Shown: positions 39,092 through 49,792, counted from the first letter of the stretch. The stretch: DNA of 64,000 nucleotides from Candidatus Shapirobacteria bacterium (GCA_030698565.1 JAUYJS010000003.1:76187-140186); one strand, 5' to 3'. Notes: generated by a model not told the origin, from the sequence alone. A program made the numbers and translations.

Positions 39092-39805
39092 TTATTCCAA
39101 TTCAAAACTAACATTCAAACTTTTACTCACAGTTGCACTACCTGGTTCGACAGCAGCTTTCATGTCATACATCGGATAAATATTACTACCACCACTACCT
39201 TCACTAACACTCATAACTTTACCTAGTTTCCTTCCCGAAGCCTTAGCAATCAATTCTGCTTTTTTCCTGGCATCCTTCATCGCACCATCAAATAAAGTAT
39301 TTTCAATTTTATTGGTATCATCCATTCTAAAATTTGGACCATAAACATTATTAGCCCCACTACTATTCAATAAATCAGCCAACTCCTGGGCTTTATCAGC
39401 ATCTCTTAAAGTAATTTCAATTGAATTGTTAACCACCCATTGACCTTGAGTCGTTGGTCTTTTTTGCCCAGGCATCATTGGATCCTGTTGTTGGTAAACA
39501 CTCATGTTTTGAGTTTTAATATCTTCAGTTGGAATTCCAAATTTTTTAACTGAGTCAATTAATTCGTTAATTTTTTTATTAACTTCATCCACAGCCACTT
39601 CCTTTTTATCATTAAAAATATTTACTCCGGCTGTAAAACTAGCAATTTGATTTTTTTGTTGCGATTTTGCCTCTCCAGTCACAGAAATTAACTCCGCCGG
39701 TATGAAGCTAATTTTCCCCCAATTTACATTTCTCCAAGGCAGCAAAAATGCCGCAGCAATTAAAAATAAAGCCAAAACTCCAAAACCAATTATTGTTTGT
39801 TTCAT
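39092..39805 (-). CDS. SIMPL (DUF541) domain protein
   Basis: ISVTGEA, AMKDARKKAELIAKASGRKLG. Confidence 0.85.
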   Translation of the reverse strand: MKQTIIGFGVLALFLIAAAFLLPWRNVNWGKISFIPAELISVTGEAKSQQKNQIASFTAGVNIFNDKKEVAVDEVNKKINELIDSVKKFGIPTEDIKTQNMSVYQQQDPMMPGQKRPTTQGQWVVNNSIEITLRDADKAQELADLLNSSGANNVYGPNFRMDDTNKIENTLFDGAMKDARKKAELIAKASGRKLGKVMSVSEGSGGSNIYPMYDMKAAVEPGSATVSKSLNVSFELE

Positions 39806-39844
39806 AATTTATTCTATCTGAAATTCATAGATACTTACAATTAT

Positions 39845-41245
39845 TTATTTATCGCTAAATTCAAATCTGGCACCTGCTAATTGTTTTACTATTTTGTGAG
39901 TTAGATCCTTATTTTCTCCACTAAAAACCATTTGAGACGCCAAAGGCCATTTATTATTGACCACATCCATAACCCCGCTCCATTTATTTTTTACCAAACC
40001 AATACCTAACATCTTTAAGGCTCGTTTGTCATCTATTTCTCCTAATTTACGTTTCCCAGATACTTCCTTATATGCAACCAATAATTCACTAGCCTGATAT
40101 TGCAAATGGAATATTTCATTTTTAAAAGCCTCTAGTACCTCGGTTCTATATTCATTGACCAAATCAACATTCACACCCACTTCTTTCATTTTCTGCACAA
40201 TCTGAGCCACTTGGTCTGTTAATTGTTGATGTTCATCATTAACTGCTGAAACTATGTCAGTATTATTTTCTGGATCAATCCCCATATATTGAAAGTCTCC
40301 GCGTTTAAATTCAAAAAACCGATAGTTTATACCAAAACTTAAACCACTCGCATCCTCAAAACATTTGATTACATCCGGACTTACAGTCTTTATTTTATGA
40401 TAAATATCACCCCGCCTATCCATTGATTTCAATTCTTCTTCTTTTGGATAGAAACTTGTCTGAACCGTTTGTGGATGTCTTTCCACAATCTGCTTCATTT
40501 CCAATCCAACAATTTTTAATAAGGTTGGTGGTAAACCAAACATAGAACCTCTCTCTCCAAAAACAAAAAATCCACCTTCACTGACCATTACACAATTCTC
40601 GGCTGTAATTTCTTCCCTCACTTTTGGAATTACTATTTTGTAACGACCCTCTTCATCAGGCTTTGGCGCTAACGGGTCTGTCGCCATCTCATCCCTAACT
40701 TTTTGTTCTAAACTCATCATTATCCATTCATCACCATACTTGCTTTGTAAATATAATTCTTCTTCCGTAATATCTACATCGGCTCCTGTGGGAGCGTATA
40801 TATGTAAAACATCAACCGCCTCAAACCCGAAAGCTTTTAAATCAACTTGTCGAGCGTCCCGATATAATCTTGTTATTCGCCTCTCCTTACCATCCAACTC
40901 AAAAGTAATTTCTCTTTTTCTTTCTTCTGCAAAAATTTCTGTTTTTGTTTGAATACCGACTGATTGTAATTTTTCCTCAAGATTTCCGGCCCACTGCTCA
41001 TCAGGATCAACAGCGATAAGATGATCCGCATCATAAGCATATAAAACTCTGAGCATATCCTCACCACTTGCTGGATAATAAATAGTACTGTGACGACCAT
41101 TTTTAGTTGCTTCTCTTATACTGGAAATATTTTGGGCCACCCAATCTTTCTTTTCCACATCAACATCTTTACCTGCTACTAAATCAACTACAAGCTGTAA
41201 ATCAGATAAAACTGTTTCTTTATTACTAGTATTTTCTCTTTCCAT
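39845..41245 (-). CDS. Hypothetical protein (possible Rossmann-like N-terminus)
   Basis: Long ORF; IYYPASGED...LIAVDP. Confidence 0.6.
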   Translation of the reverse strand: MERENTSNKETVLSDLQLVVDLVAGKDVDVEKKDWVAQNISSIREATKNGRHSTIYYPASGEDMLRVLYAYDADHLIAVDPDEQWAGNLEEKLQSVGIQTKTEIFAEERKREITFELDGKERRITRLYRDARQVDLKAFGFEAVDVLHIYAPTGADVDITEEELYLQSKYGDEWIMMSLEQKVRDEMATDPLAPKPDEEGRYKIVIPKVREEITAENCVMVSEGGFFVFGERGSMFGLPPTLLKIVGLEMKQIVERHPQTVQTSFYPKEEELKSMDRRGDIYHKIKTVSPDVIKCFEDASGLSFGINYRFFEFKRGDFQYMGIDPENNTDIVSAVNDEHQQLTDQVAQIVQKMKEVGVNVDLVNEYRTEVLEAFKNEIFHLQYQASELLVAYKEVSGKRKLGEIDDKRALKMLGIGLVKNKWSGVMDVVNNKWPLASQMVFSGENKDLTHKIVKQLAGARFEFSDK

Positions 41246-41329
41246 TAATTCATAATACTAAATTTATATACACTTATTCAATTTGTCGTAAATGTTTGCT
41301 TTTTTTTCTAGTTTTTCGTAAGCTATGTT

Positions 41330-42076
41330 ATGGCCATACTATATATTTTTCTAGTTCTTTTTATCATTTTTCTTTTATTCAGTTCTATTATTATAGTCAA
41401 TCAATACGAGCGGGGTCTAGTCTTAACTCTTGGCACATATTCTTACACTCTCCAACCCGGTCTCAAACTAGTCATCCCCATAGTTCAACGAGTCATCAAA
41501 GTTGATATTAGAATCAACACCGCCGATATCCCCAAGCAAGAAGTTATTACCAAAGACAATGTTCCGGTCAATATTAATGCCGTGGTTTATTTTCAGGTAG
41601 TCAAACCAGAGGATGCCATATTAAAAGTTCAGGATTATATTTACGCAATTTCTCAATATGCCCAAACAGCTCTCCGTGATGTGATTGGTAGCGTTGAACT
41701 CGATAGTCTTCTAACTGAAAGACAAAAAATTTCCGAAGAGATTCAGAAAATCGTTGATCAAGAAACCGCCGAGTGGGGTGTCGACGTCACCGCCATCAAA
41801 ATGCAAGATATTGAAGTTCCCTCAGATATGAAGCGGGTCATGGCCAAACAAGCCGAAGCCGAACGCGAACGCCGCGCCACCATTATTCGCGCCCAAGGCG
41901 AGTTAACCGCTTCTGAAAATTTATCAAAAGCTATGGCTCAAATGACTGACAGTGGAGCCATTACACTTCGGACTCTTCAAACCATAGAATCAGCCAGCGC
42001 TGGCACGGGCAATACCACCATTTTTGCTCTTCCGATCGAAGTTCTCGAGGGGTTCAAAAAACTAATCGCAAAATAA
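41330..42076 (+). CDS. SPFH/band 7 (slipin) protein
   Basis: QEVITKDNVPV, AQTALRDVIG, AEAERERRA. Confidence 0.93.
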   Translation: MAILYIFLVLFIIFLLFSSIIIVNQYERGLVLTLGTYSYTLQPGLKLVIPIVQRVIKVDIRINTADIPKQEVITKDNVPVNINAVVYFQVVKPEDAILKVQDYIYAISQYAQTALRDVIGSVELDSLLTERQKISEEIQKIVDQETAEWGVDVTAIKMQDIEVPSDMKRVMAKQAEAERERRATIIRAQGELTASENLSKAMAQMTDSGAITLRTLQTIESASAGTGNTTIFALPIEVLEGFKKLIAK

Positions 42077-42081
42077 AATTT

Positions 42082-43110
42082 TTATTTTGTACAGAGAGGA
42101 CATTTATTCCCCAAGTAATAAACCTTGCAATCTGAACACCACTTTGCCCCCTCTGTATCCTTAGTTACCACCATACTGCTTCCATATAATGAATTAAACG
42201 CGTCTTTATTGGACATTCCATGATTCCCTCCTCCAGCTTTTAAATTCATTCCATGCATTCGACTCAAGTAGTCCTCCATCAAATTTCCCAACACCACTGC
42301 TTCAAATTTGTTTTCAATCCTAGCTATCCTACTTCCAAATTCTCGATGTAACTCCAAAGCGATTTTTTCCGCTTCCAAAACACTTCTAATATCCTCTCCT
42401 GCCGCAATTGCCTCAAAAACTTCTGACAATTCTCCAAAAAAAGCGGGAAAATATTCAAACCACTCTTCATCTTTCAAATTTAAACCAACAGGGTGATTTC
42501 TTAAATCATCTGGATTATTTATTTCACCGTCGACAAAATTATCATCATTAATTATATTTAAAACTCTTTTATAAAAATCGAGCCTGTCGTATTTGCCACA
42601 GATCCCTCGGCATTCAAAAACAATAGTATCATCCTCACCAATCTCTTTTAATTTTGCTACTACCATTCTAATTTCTTCATATGGACTATTACCACCGTTC
42701 GGACTAAACCACGCTATAGTTTTGTAACCCCTTAAGGCTAATTCTCTAATATTTTGCATTCCTTCCACCTCCACGCGACCAAGTTCTGTTTCATTGTCCA
42801 CATCCATTTCTTCCAGATCCCCATTTTCCATCAGTCTCATCGGCACACCATTTTTAAAAATTAATTCAAAAGGATTTACTCTTTCTTTTAATTTTTCTGT
42901 TTGCAAATTTTCTTTAATTGCCCTTGCCACCTGACCATTATCCCAACCATTATTACAATAACCCTGCAAATCTAAAAATAAATTCACTTTCTCTAAATTA
43001 ACTCTTTCGCCACCATTGGAAACAATTACATCGCTATAATCTGGTTTCAAAGCACCACTCCCATCTGTGGGATAAACAATCCATTTTCGATTTAAAATTT
43101 CTCGTGTCAT
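42082..43110 (-). CDS. Hypothetical protein with C-terminal Zn ribbon
   Basis: WCSDCKVYYLGNKCPLC; lies downstream of a B12 riboswitch. Confidence 0.65.
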   Translation of the reverse strand: MTREILNRKWIVYPTDGSGALKPDYSDVIVSNGGERVNLEKVNLFLDLQGYCNNGWDNGQVARAIKENLQTEKLKERVNPFELIFKNGVPMRLMENGDLEEMDVDNETELGRVEVEGMQNIRELALRGYKTIAWFSPNGGNSPYEEIRMVVAKLKEIGEDDTIVFECRGICGKYDRLDFYKRVLNIINDDNFVDGEINNPDDLRNHPVGLNLKDEEWFEYFPAFFGELSEVFEAIAAGEDIRSVLEAEKIALELHREFGSRIARIENKFEAVVLGNLMEDYLSRMHGMNLKAGGGNHGMSNKDAFNSLYGSSMVVTKDTEGAKWCSDCKVYYLGNKCPLCTK

Positions 43111-43132
43111 ATTTACTTTTTGCTCGAAAGAT

Positions 43133-43232
43133 TTGGTCCTCTGGCTTCGGTATTCCGTAGCTCGATTTAATCGAGCGAAGGATACCTTTACAGTTGCGGC
43201 ACAGCGCGGGAATTACACCCGACTTTCCCTAA
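43133..43232 (-). ncRNA. Cobalamin riboswitch (core; 5' boundary uncertain)
   Basis: Minus strand AGGGAAAGTCGGGTGTAATTCCCGCGCTGTGCCGCAACTGTAA...AAGCCAGAGGACC (B12-box elements). Confidence 0.85.
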
Positions 43233-43235
43233 TTT

Positions 43236-43760
43236 TTAAATTTTTTTGGTCTCCGCTCTCAGCAAGCGAGCTACCATAAATAAATAATCCGACAATCTAT
43301 TAAAATATCTAATCGCATTAAAATTAATATCTTTTTGTTTTTTTAAACCGACCACCGACCGTTCTACTCTTCGACATACACTTCTAGCAAAATGCGCCAA
43401 CGCCTCGGACTGATTTTCACCAGGAATTATAAATTCTTTTAGCACCGGCAATTTTCCCTCCCACTTATTTATTAATTCTTCCATTTCTATCAATTTTTGA
43501 TCATAATCCAATTTGCCACCGAAACCAGACATCTCCCCATTGATGACATATAAATCTTTTTGAATTTCCGAAATCTTAATTTTTAATTCGGTCACCTGCC
43601 TGCCGGCAGGCAGGTTATTAATTTCCGCCTTAAACATTCCCAACACCGATTGCAATTCATCAATCTCTCCAATCAACTGAATCGTCAAATGATCCTTGCC
43701 CACCCGCCCGCTACCGAGCTGGGTTTGTCCTTGATCACCTGTTTTTGTTGTTATGCTCAT
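43236..43760 (-). CDS. PduO-type cob(I)alamin adenosyltransferase
   Basis: TTKTGDQGQT, GEIDELQS, RSVCRRVER, NRLSDYLF. Confidence 0.92.
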   Translation of the reverse strand: MSITTKTGDQGQTQLGSGRVGKDHLTIQLIGEIDELQSVLGMFKAEINNLPAGRQVTELKIKISEIQKDLYVINGEMSGFGGKLDYDQKLIEMEELINKWEGKLPVLKEFIIPGENQSEALAHFARSVCRRVERSVVGLKKQKDINFNAIRYFNRLSDYLFMVARLLRAETKKI

Positions 43761-43763
43761 AAT

Positions 43764-46241
43764 TTAACTACACTTACTATACCCACAAAAAATATTAGTA
43801 CATTTAAAACAGCCTTCTTCAGCTCGCAAAGGACTGCCACAATCAGGACAAGCACTAAATTTGCTCTCAACACTGGCCTGTTCGCTTCTTAAATTAGATA
43901 GTAATTCAGTTTTATCCACCTCTATTGCCGTCTTTTCTTCATTAAAAAGATTCATTTGCTCGCCTTTTGAAATTTCCATAAGTGTCTTACCAACTGCATC
44001 AAACATGCTCAAAATTGTAGAATTACCCAAACCAATTTTTTGACCACAAGAAATACCGACTAATTCCGAAGCAACTTCATCCAAATTTGCCCCATATTTT
44101 AATGCCAAAGAAGACAATCTTCCAGTTACTTCAGCCGCTCCTGCCATGTAACCGCCGCTTTTACCTAAATTTACAAATACTTCAATTGGACCGTCTCCTT
44201 CCTCAAAAAATACAGAAGTATAAACTTTTCCCACATCACAAGGTTTTCTTATTCTGACTCCCCTGGCAATTTGCGGAGTTACCTTTTTCTTTGGTTCAAC
44301 ACTGGCAACAATATTTTCAGTTTTATCTTTTTCCCTAACTTGTTGCAATACTTCTTTTTCCCTAGAACCGGATCTGTAAATTGTGATTCCTTTTGTTCCC
44401 AAAGAATAAGCCAATCTATAAGCATTTCTCACATCATCAACATTAGCTTCTTTTGGAAAATTAATGGTTTTGGATACTGCATTGTCCACAAATTCCTGGA
44501 AAGCCGCCTGCACTTTTATATGCCATTCCGGACTAATTTCCAAAGCAGTTATAAAAACTTCTTTTATATCTTCAGGAATTTCACTAATTCCTTTTAGGAT
44601 GCCGCCATTTTTAGCAATTTTTTCCGCCAATTCTTCATTATACAAATTTCTTTTTTTCAATTCTTCCATTAAAATCTGATTGATAAAATATAGAGTTTTC
44701 CCTTCAACTGTATTTTTTTGGTAAGACAAAGAGAATACCGGTTCAATTCCAGAAGAAGCATCCGCGATTACACTAATAGTTCCAGTTGGAGCAATAGTAG
44801 TTAAAGCCATGTTTCTTGGTCGATAATCAGTATTGGCATATACACTCACATCCCAACTTGGAAAAGCACCGCGCTTGCTTCCTAATTCAATTGTCGCCTC
44901 TTTGGATTTATCCTGAATAAAACTCATGATTTTTTTGGACCACTCAATTCCCAAATCCGAATCATATCGAATTTTGAGTTTAAAAAAGCAATCAGCCAAG
45001 CCCATTACCCCCAAACCAATTCTTCTGGTTTTCGACACCATTTCTCTAATCTTTTCTACAGGAAACTGGTTAACCTCAACCACATTATCCAAAAAATGAA
45101 TAGCATGTTTAACAGTGTATTCCAACGCTTCCCAGTCAAGGTCATTCCCATTCACAAACTTTGCCAAATTTATACTTCCCAAATTACACGCATCATAAGG
45201 TAAAAGTGGTTGTTCACCACAAGGATTAGTGGCTTCAATTTTTCCCAAAGCTGGTACCGGGTTAGACCGAAATTCATTCATTCTGTCAATAAATATCAAT
45301 CCCGGATCACCATATTGCCAAGCCAAACGAGTAATCAAAATAAATACCTTATAAGCATTCAATTTCATCGCCACCTTTCCGTTATGAGGATTAATCAACT
45401 CATAACCTTCGTCTATCTGCTTTGCCAAGGCCCATTCATAAAGTTTTTTTGTCCACTGTTCTACTTCTCTCAATCTCGCATCTACATCTCTATTTTTTTC
45501 TGCTTCTCGAATCGCTTCCACCACGTCTTCAGGAATTGAATCATCACTTACAAATTTTTTATCCTCGTCCACCTTCTTCATAAAAACATTAGTGATCGCC
45601 AAAGAAATATTGAAGTTGGTCAAACTAAATTCATCCAACTTTACAATGGCAAATCGTAAGACGTCAGGATGATCAACCGAAAGCATTCCCATATTAGCTC
45701 CGCGACGAACTCCACCTTGTTTTATTTGAGCAGTTACATCGTTATAAGCTTGCATAAAAGAAACCGGGCCAACGGTTGTACCACCACTGCTCGCGATATA
45801 ATCGCCGTAAGGTCTCAATCTGGAAAAGGAAAAACCAGTTCCACCACCACTTTTGTGGATTTTGGCCATATTGGACATTGTTTCCAAAATCGAATCCATA
45901 CTATCTTCAATCGGCAACACAAAACAAGCCGATAATTGTTGATGTTTCTTTCCGGCATTGACCAAACATGGTGTATTTGGAAAAAACTTTTGTTCCGCCA
46001 TCAAGTTATAAAAATCAACAGCCAATCTTTCCACGTCTTCCTCATTGGCTCCAAAATCACCATCCGCCTTAGCTATATTGCTGGCCACTCGCCAAAAAAT
46101 ATCTTTAACCTTTTCCACCGGTTTACCCTCTTCGTTTTTAATAGCGTATCTGGTTTCGGCAATGTAGGTTGCATTGTCCGATAATTGTGGTTCGGCTAAA
46201 TTTAAAGCCATTATTGATTGGCGGTTTTGTGGATCGGTCAT
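43764..46241 (-). CDS. nrdJ: Class II (AdoCbl-dependent) ribonucleotide reductase
   Basis: PNTPCLVNAG, TNPCGEQPL, TIAPTGTIS, C-terminal CPDC...CFKC. Confidence 0.93.
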   Translation of the reverse strand: MTDPQNRQSIMALNLAEPQLSDNATYIAETRYAIKNEEGKPVEKVKDIFWRVASNIAKADGDFGANEEDVERLAVDFYNLMAEQKFFPNTPCLVNAGKKHQQLSACFVLPIEDSMDSILETMSNMAKIHKSGGGTGFSFSRLRPYGDYIASSGGTTVGPVSFMQAYNDVTAQIKQGGVRRGANMGMLSVDHPDVLRFAIVKLDEFSLTNFNISLAITNVFMKKVDEDKKFVSDDSIPEDVVEAIREAEKNRDVDARLREVEQWTKKLYEWALAKQIDEGYELINPHNGKVAMKLNAYKVFILITRLAWQYGDPGLIFIDRMNEFRSNPVPALGKIEATNPCGEQPLLPYDACNLGSINLAKFVNGNDLDWEALEYTVKHAIHFLDNVVEVNQFPVEKIREMVSKTRRIGLGVMGLADCFFKLKIRYDSDLGIEWSKKIMSFIQDKSKEATIELGSKRGAFPSWDVSVYANTDYRPRNMALTTIAPTGTISVIADASSGIEPVFSLSYQKNTVEGKTLYFINQILMEELKKRNLYNEELAEKIAKNGGILKGISEIPEDIKEVFITALEISPEWHIKVQAAFQEFVDNAVSKTINFPKEANVDDVRNAYRLAYSLGTKGITIYRSGSREKEVLQQVREKDKTENIVASVEPKKKVTPQIARGVRIRKPCDVGKVYTSVFFEEGDGPIEVFVNLGKSGGYMAGAAEVTGRLSSLALKYGANLDEVASELVGISCGQKIGLGNSTILSMFDAVGKTLMEISKGEQMNLFNEEKTAIEVDKTELLSNLRSEQASVESKFSACPDCGSPLRAEEGCFKCTNIFCGYSKCS

Positions 46242-46696
46242 TTGTTGGTTTTTTTATAATCTATAATTAATTTCTCAAAGTCATCAATAGAATTAACATC
46301 CAAGTAAACAGTGGCAAATCTGATATAAGCCACTGGGTCCAGATTTTTCAATTTTTCCATCACCATTAAGGCAATTTCTCTCGAAGGTATTTCGACACTT
46401 TCCCAATTCAAAAGTTTCATTTCAATTTCATCAATTAAATTCGCCCTTTCTTCTTCAGTTAATTTCCAGCAAGCTTTTTCAAAACATCTTTCTAATTTTT
46501 CTCGGCGGTAGTCCTCAACTCGGCCATTCTTTTTCACTACTTTCAAATCAATATTACCCACTCTTTCATAAGTAGTAAATCTTTTTTTGCATTGCAAGCA
46601 TTCCCTTCTTCTTCGGTTAACTTTATTTTCTTCCGCATCCCGACTTTCCAAAACGTTGGATTCAGTGAAAGCACAATAAGGACACATCATAAACAT
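46238..46696 (-). CDS. nrdR: Transcriptional repressor NrdR
   Basis: CPYC, RRRRECLQCKKRFTTYE, ATP cone, VAYIRFATVY. Confidence 0.95.
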   Translation of the reverse strand: MFMMCPYCAFTESNVLESRDAEENKVNRRRRECLQCKKRFTTYERVGNIDLKVVKKNGRVEDYRREKLERCFEKACWKLTEEERANLIDEIEMKLLNWESVEIPSREIALMVMEKLKNLDPVAYIRFATVYLDVNSIDDFEKLIIDYKKTNK

Positions 46697-46730
46697 TAAT
46701 TTTAATAATTAATATTCTGCTTTGCAGAAA

Positions 46731-46778
46731 GCACTATTTATAGTGAGTGATAATTATGATACCCACTACCAGTAGTAC
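46731..46778. promoter_or_regulatory. Tandem NrdR boxes
   Basis: GCACTATTTATAGTGA (46731-46746) and CCACTACCAGTAGTAC (46763-46778), 32 bp apart, matching acaCwAtATaTwGtgt. Confidence 0.75.
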
Positions 46779-46863
46779 CAGTCAACTAGAAGTTAATGGT
46801 ACATACTCATCCAAAATCACTCAACTGTAAGGACCAAAATTGAATAATAATATTGAACAAAAA

Positions 46864-47645
46864 TTAAATTTTATCCTGTTTTTTACCCTGCCAAGAATCA
46901 AAAGTACCAATCTTTTCTTGATTATAAAAAACAAAAGTAGCCCCTCCAGATCCGTTTTTACCTTCACCGCTTTCATTGTAAACAATCCCGTCTAAACCGA
47001 TATCTTTCATAAAATCAGAAAATGCCGAAGACCATGGCGGGGAGGGAGATACTCCCACACCCAATCTCTTATCAGTTGCTGTTCGCAACATGACTCTTAA
47101 ATTTATATCCGGTAAACCCCACTTACGTCATTTAAATATTTCAAATAATCGTCCTCAATTTCTTTAATATCACTCAAATCTTTAGACCTGTCTCTTTTTT
47201 CTAAAATATCTTTATAAAATTGCTGCCAACTCTGAACAAATTCTACCGGCACCGGAACATTATTATCTAGATTTTCCCTATCTCTTAAATCTAAAAGTTT
47301 TGCCTCAAATGGCAAAAGAGATATCACTTTTGCATCTGCACTATCTTTATATTGTCTCACTCTAGAATAATTTTCAGCTTCATTTCTACTTTCAGTCATA
47401 TAAAATCCCTCACCTAGCGTCCAACTGCCATCACTATCAAGTATTACATCTGAAGAATAATCAAATCTTGAATCAAATTTAAAATCCTTTGCGCAACCAT
47501 GATAAAGTAATTCTGGCGAATTTGAAAACTCCTCTGGACTTAAAGTTCTAGGATCAACCAAACCCACGACCCTAAAACCAACAGGTTTTTTTTCTGACTC
47601 AAGTTTTATCTCTGGCCTAGGCAATTCTGCCAATCCATCACTCAT
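46864..47645 (-). pseudogene. ADP-ribosyltransferase-like protein split by a frameshift
   Basis: LYHGC...LGEGFYMT...AENYS in the upstream frame; GLDGIVY...TFVFYNQEKI in the downstream frame; one extra G in the G-run at about 47117-47120 would join them. Confidence 0.6.
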
Positions 47646-47685
47646 TATTTTTAATAAAAAATAACATCTGCTGTTATAATACAGC

Positions 47686-47874
47686 ATGTCCCGAATCATC
47701 CAATACTTTAATGAAGTAAAAGCTGAGTTTAAAAATATAACTTGGCCCAAAAGAGAGACTTTAATTCAGCTTACAGTTGTGGTAATATCAATCTCGATTG
47801 TTATTTCCCTAATACTGGGAGGATTCGATTTTATTTTTATAAATTCTATTAGATTATTAGGCGAAATAAAATAA
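47686..47874 (+). CDS. secE: Preprotein translocase SecE
   Basis: EVKAEFKNITWPKR + TM; precedes nusG. Confidence 0.93.
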   Translation: MSRIIQYFNEVKAEFKNITWPKRETLIQLTVVVISISIVISLILGGFDFIFINSIRLLGEIK

Positions 47875-47881
47875 AAATAGT

Positions 47882-48478
47882 ATGCCAAAAACTTCAGCTA
47901 AAACTAACAAAAGAGAATTTTTATTTAAGCTTTCCAATCAAGAGCCCAGCATTGACGCCGCTTGGTATATTATTAACACCTATTCCGGTCACGAGTATAA
48001 AGTCATTGAAGCTCTAAAGACCAGGATTAGAACCATGGGTTTGGAAGATCATATTTTTCAAGCTGTCGTTCCAATTCAAACCAAAATGGTTATTCGCCGT
48101 GGTCAAAAAATTAAGTCTCAAGAAAAAACTTTTCCAGGTTATGTTTTAATTCAAATGATTTTAACCGACAATTCCTGGGTCACAGTCCGAACCACTCAAG
48201 GTGTCACTGGATTCGTAGGTATTGAAAGCAAACCGTCCCCCATTTCCCAAAAAGAAGTTGACAAAATTCTAAAAGTTACCGAAGAAGATAAGCCAAAATA
48301 TCAAGCTCCATTTGCTATCGGCGATGTAGTCAAGGTTACCAGTGGTCCATTTGCTGATTTTATTGGTACTATTGATACTATCGATCAGGAAAAAGGCAAA
48401 ATCCGAGTTCTTGTTTCCTTCTTCGAAAGAGAAACTCCAGTCGAATTAGACTTTTTACAAGTTACTAAAGAATTATAA
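47882..48478 (+). CDS. nusG: Transcription factor NusG
   Basis: WYIINTYSGHE, FPGYVLI, KOW GPFADF. Confidence 0.96.
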   Translation: MPKTSAKTNKREFLFKLSNQEPSIDAAWYIINTYSGHEYKVIEALKTRIRTMGLEDHIFQAVVPIQTKMVIRRGQKIKSQEKTFPGYVLIQMILTDNSWVTVRTTQGVTGFVGIESKPSPISQKEVDKILKVTEEDKPKYQAPFAIGDVVKVTSGPFADFIGTIDTIDQEKGKIRVLVSFFERETPVELDFLQVTKEL

Positions 48479-48482
48479 AATT

Positions 48483-48908
48483 ATGGCCAAAAAAATAAAA
48501 ACAATTGTTAAATTAGCTCTTCAAGCTGGTACAGCTAACCCAGCTCCTCCAGTCGGTACCGCATTAGGTCCTCATGGTATCAAGATCATGGATTTCTGCA
48601 ATGAATTCAATGAAAAAACCAAAGATATGCGCGGCTCCTTGATTCCAGCAGTTATTACTATCTACGAAGATAGGTCTTTTGATTTCATTATCAAAAAGCC
48701 ACCAGTTTCCGACACTATCAAAAAAGTTAGTGGTATTACCAAAGGTGCTGTTACAACCGGCCGAGAAAAAGTTGGTAAATTAACCATGGCTCAAGTCGAA
48801 GATATTGCCAAAAATAAATTAGTTGATTTAAATACCAAAGATTTAGAAGCGGCCAAGCGTTCTGTCATGGGCACCGCCAAATCCATGGGTGTCGAAATCG
48901 TCGATTAA
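48483..48908 (+). CDS. rplK: 50S ribosomal protein L11
   Basis: ANPAPPVGTALG, GTAKSMGV. Confidence 0.97.
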   Translation: MAKKIKTIVKLALQAGTANPAPPVGTALGPHGIKIMDFCNEFNEKTKDMRGSLIPAVITIYEDRSFDFIIKKPPVSDTIKKVSGITKGAVTTGREKVGKLTMAQVEDIAKNKLVDLNTKDLEAAKRSVMGTAKSMGVEIVD

Positions 48909-48925
48909 AAATTAAACAAAATCAT

Positions 48926-49729
48926 ATGAGCAAAACCACTCAAGAAAACAAAAAAAAATCTCTCAAAGAGAAAAAAAACAAAGTGGAAGAGACTTCGCAA
49001 ACCAAAAAGTCTCGAAACGCAACTGTAGGGGCGAATCAAGATTCGCCTATTGCCACGGAAACTGCAGCTGAAATCATTACTGATGATGTCCAAAGCGAAA
49101 CCAAAGCATCAGAGGAAACAGTTAAATCAACCAGAGAAGCCAAAGTCAGAGGCAAAAGATACAAGGCCGCCAAAGCAAAAATTGACGTCACTAAGTATTA
49201 TCCTCTCCGAGAAGCTATTGATTTAGTTAAAGAAACTTCTTTATCTAAATTTGATGGTAAAATCGAAGCCCATGTCACCAGTTTAGATATTGGTGTTGTC
49301 GGCGAAATTACTTTTCCCCATCTTGAAACTGCCACCAAAAAAATAGTCGTTTTAAATGACACTATTTTGGCAGAAATCAAAGAAGGTAAAATTAATTTTG
49401 ATATTTTAATTGCCACTCCAACCACCATGCCAAAACTTTTACCTTTTGCCAAAACTCTTGGTCCAAAAGGTTTAATGCCAAACCCAAAAAATGGTACCTT
49501 AACCGATAAGCCAGAAGAATCTGTCAAGAAATTATCAGTTGCCAAAACTGTAATCAAGACCGAAAAGAAAGCTCCGGTTATTCATATTGTTGTTGGAAAA
49601 GTTTCCCAACCAATTAATGAATTAATGTCCAACATTGATGAATTAATCAAAGTTGTCAAACCAAGCAAAATCAAAAAATTGGCTATTTGTGCCACCATGG
49701 GTCCATCAGTCAAAGTCGAAATCAAATAG
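48926..49729 (+). CDS. rplA: 50S ribosomal protein L1 with charged N-terminal extension
   Basis: LGPKGLMPNPKNGT, ATMGPSV. Confidence 0.93.
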   Translation: MSKTTQENKKKSLKEKKNKVEETSQTKKSRNATVGANQDSPIATETAAEIITDDVQSETKASEETVKSTREAKVRGKRYKAAKAKIDVTKYYPLREAIDLVKETSLSKFDGKIEAHVTSLDIGVVGEITFPHLETATKKIVVLNDTILAEIKEGKINFDILIATPTTMPKLLPFAKTLGPKGLMPNPKNGTLTDKPEESVKKLSVAKTVIKTEKKAPVIHIVVGKVSQPINELMSNIDELIKVVKPSKIKKLAICATMGPSVKVEIK

Positions 49730-49752
49730 TTTTTCATATTTAGTTTGTTTTT

Positions 49753-49778
49753 GTAGAGACGCGCTGCAGCGCGTCTCT
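49753..49778. repeat. GTAG-type REP-like palindrome
   Basis: GTAGAGACGCGCTGCAGCGCGTCTCT. Confidence 0.7.
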
Positions 49779-49792
49779 TTTGTTTTGTATTC

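Noticed and set aside
47110-47125. Programmed -1 frameshift at GGGTTTA
   Set aside because: The heptamer is not in the X XXY YYZ register of the upstream frame.
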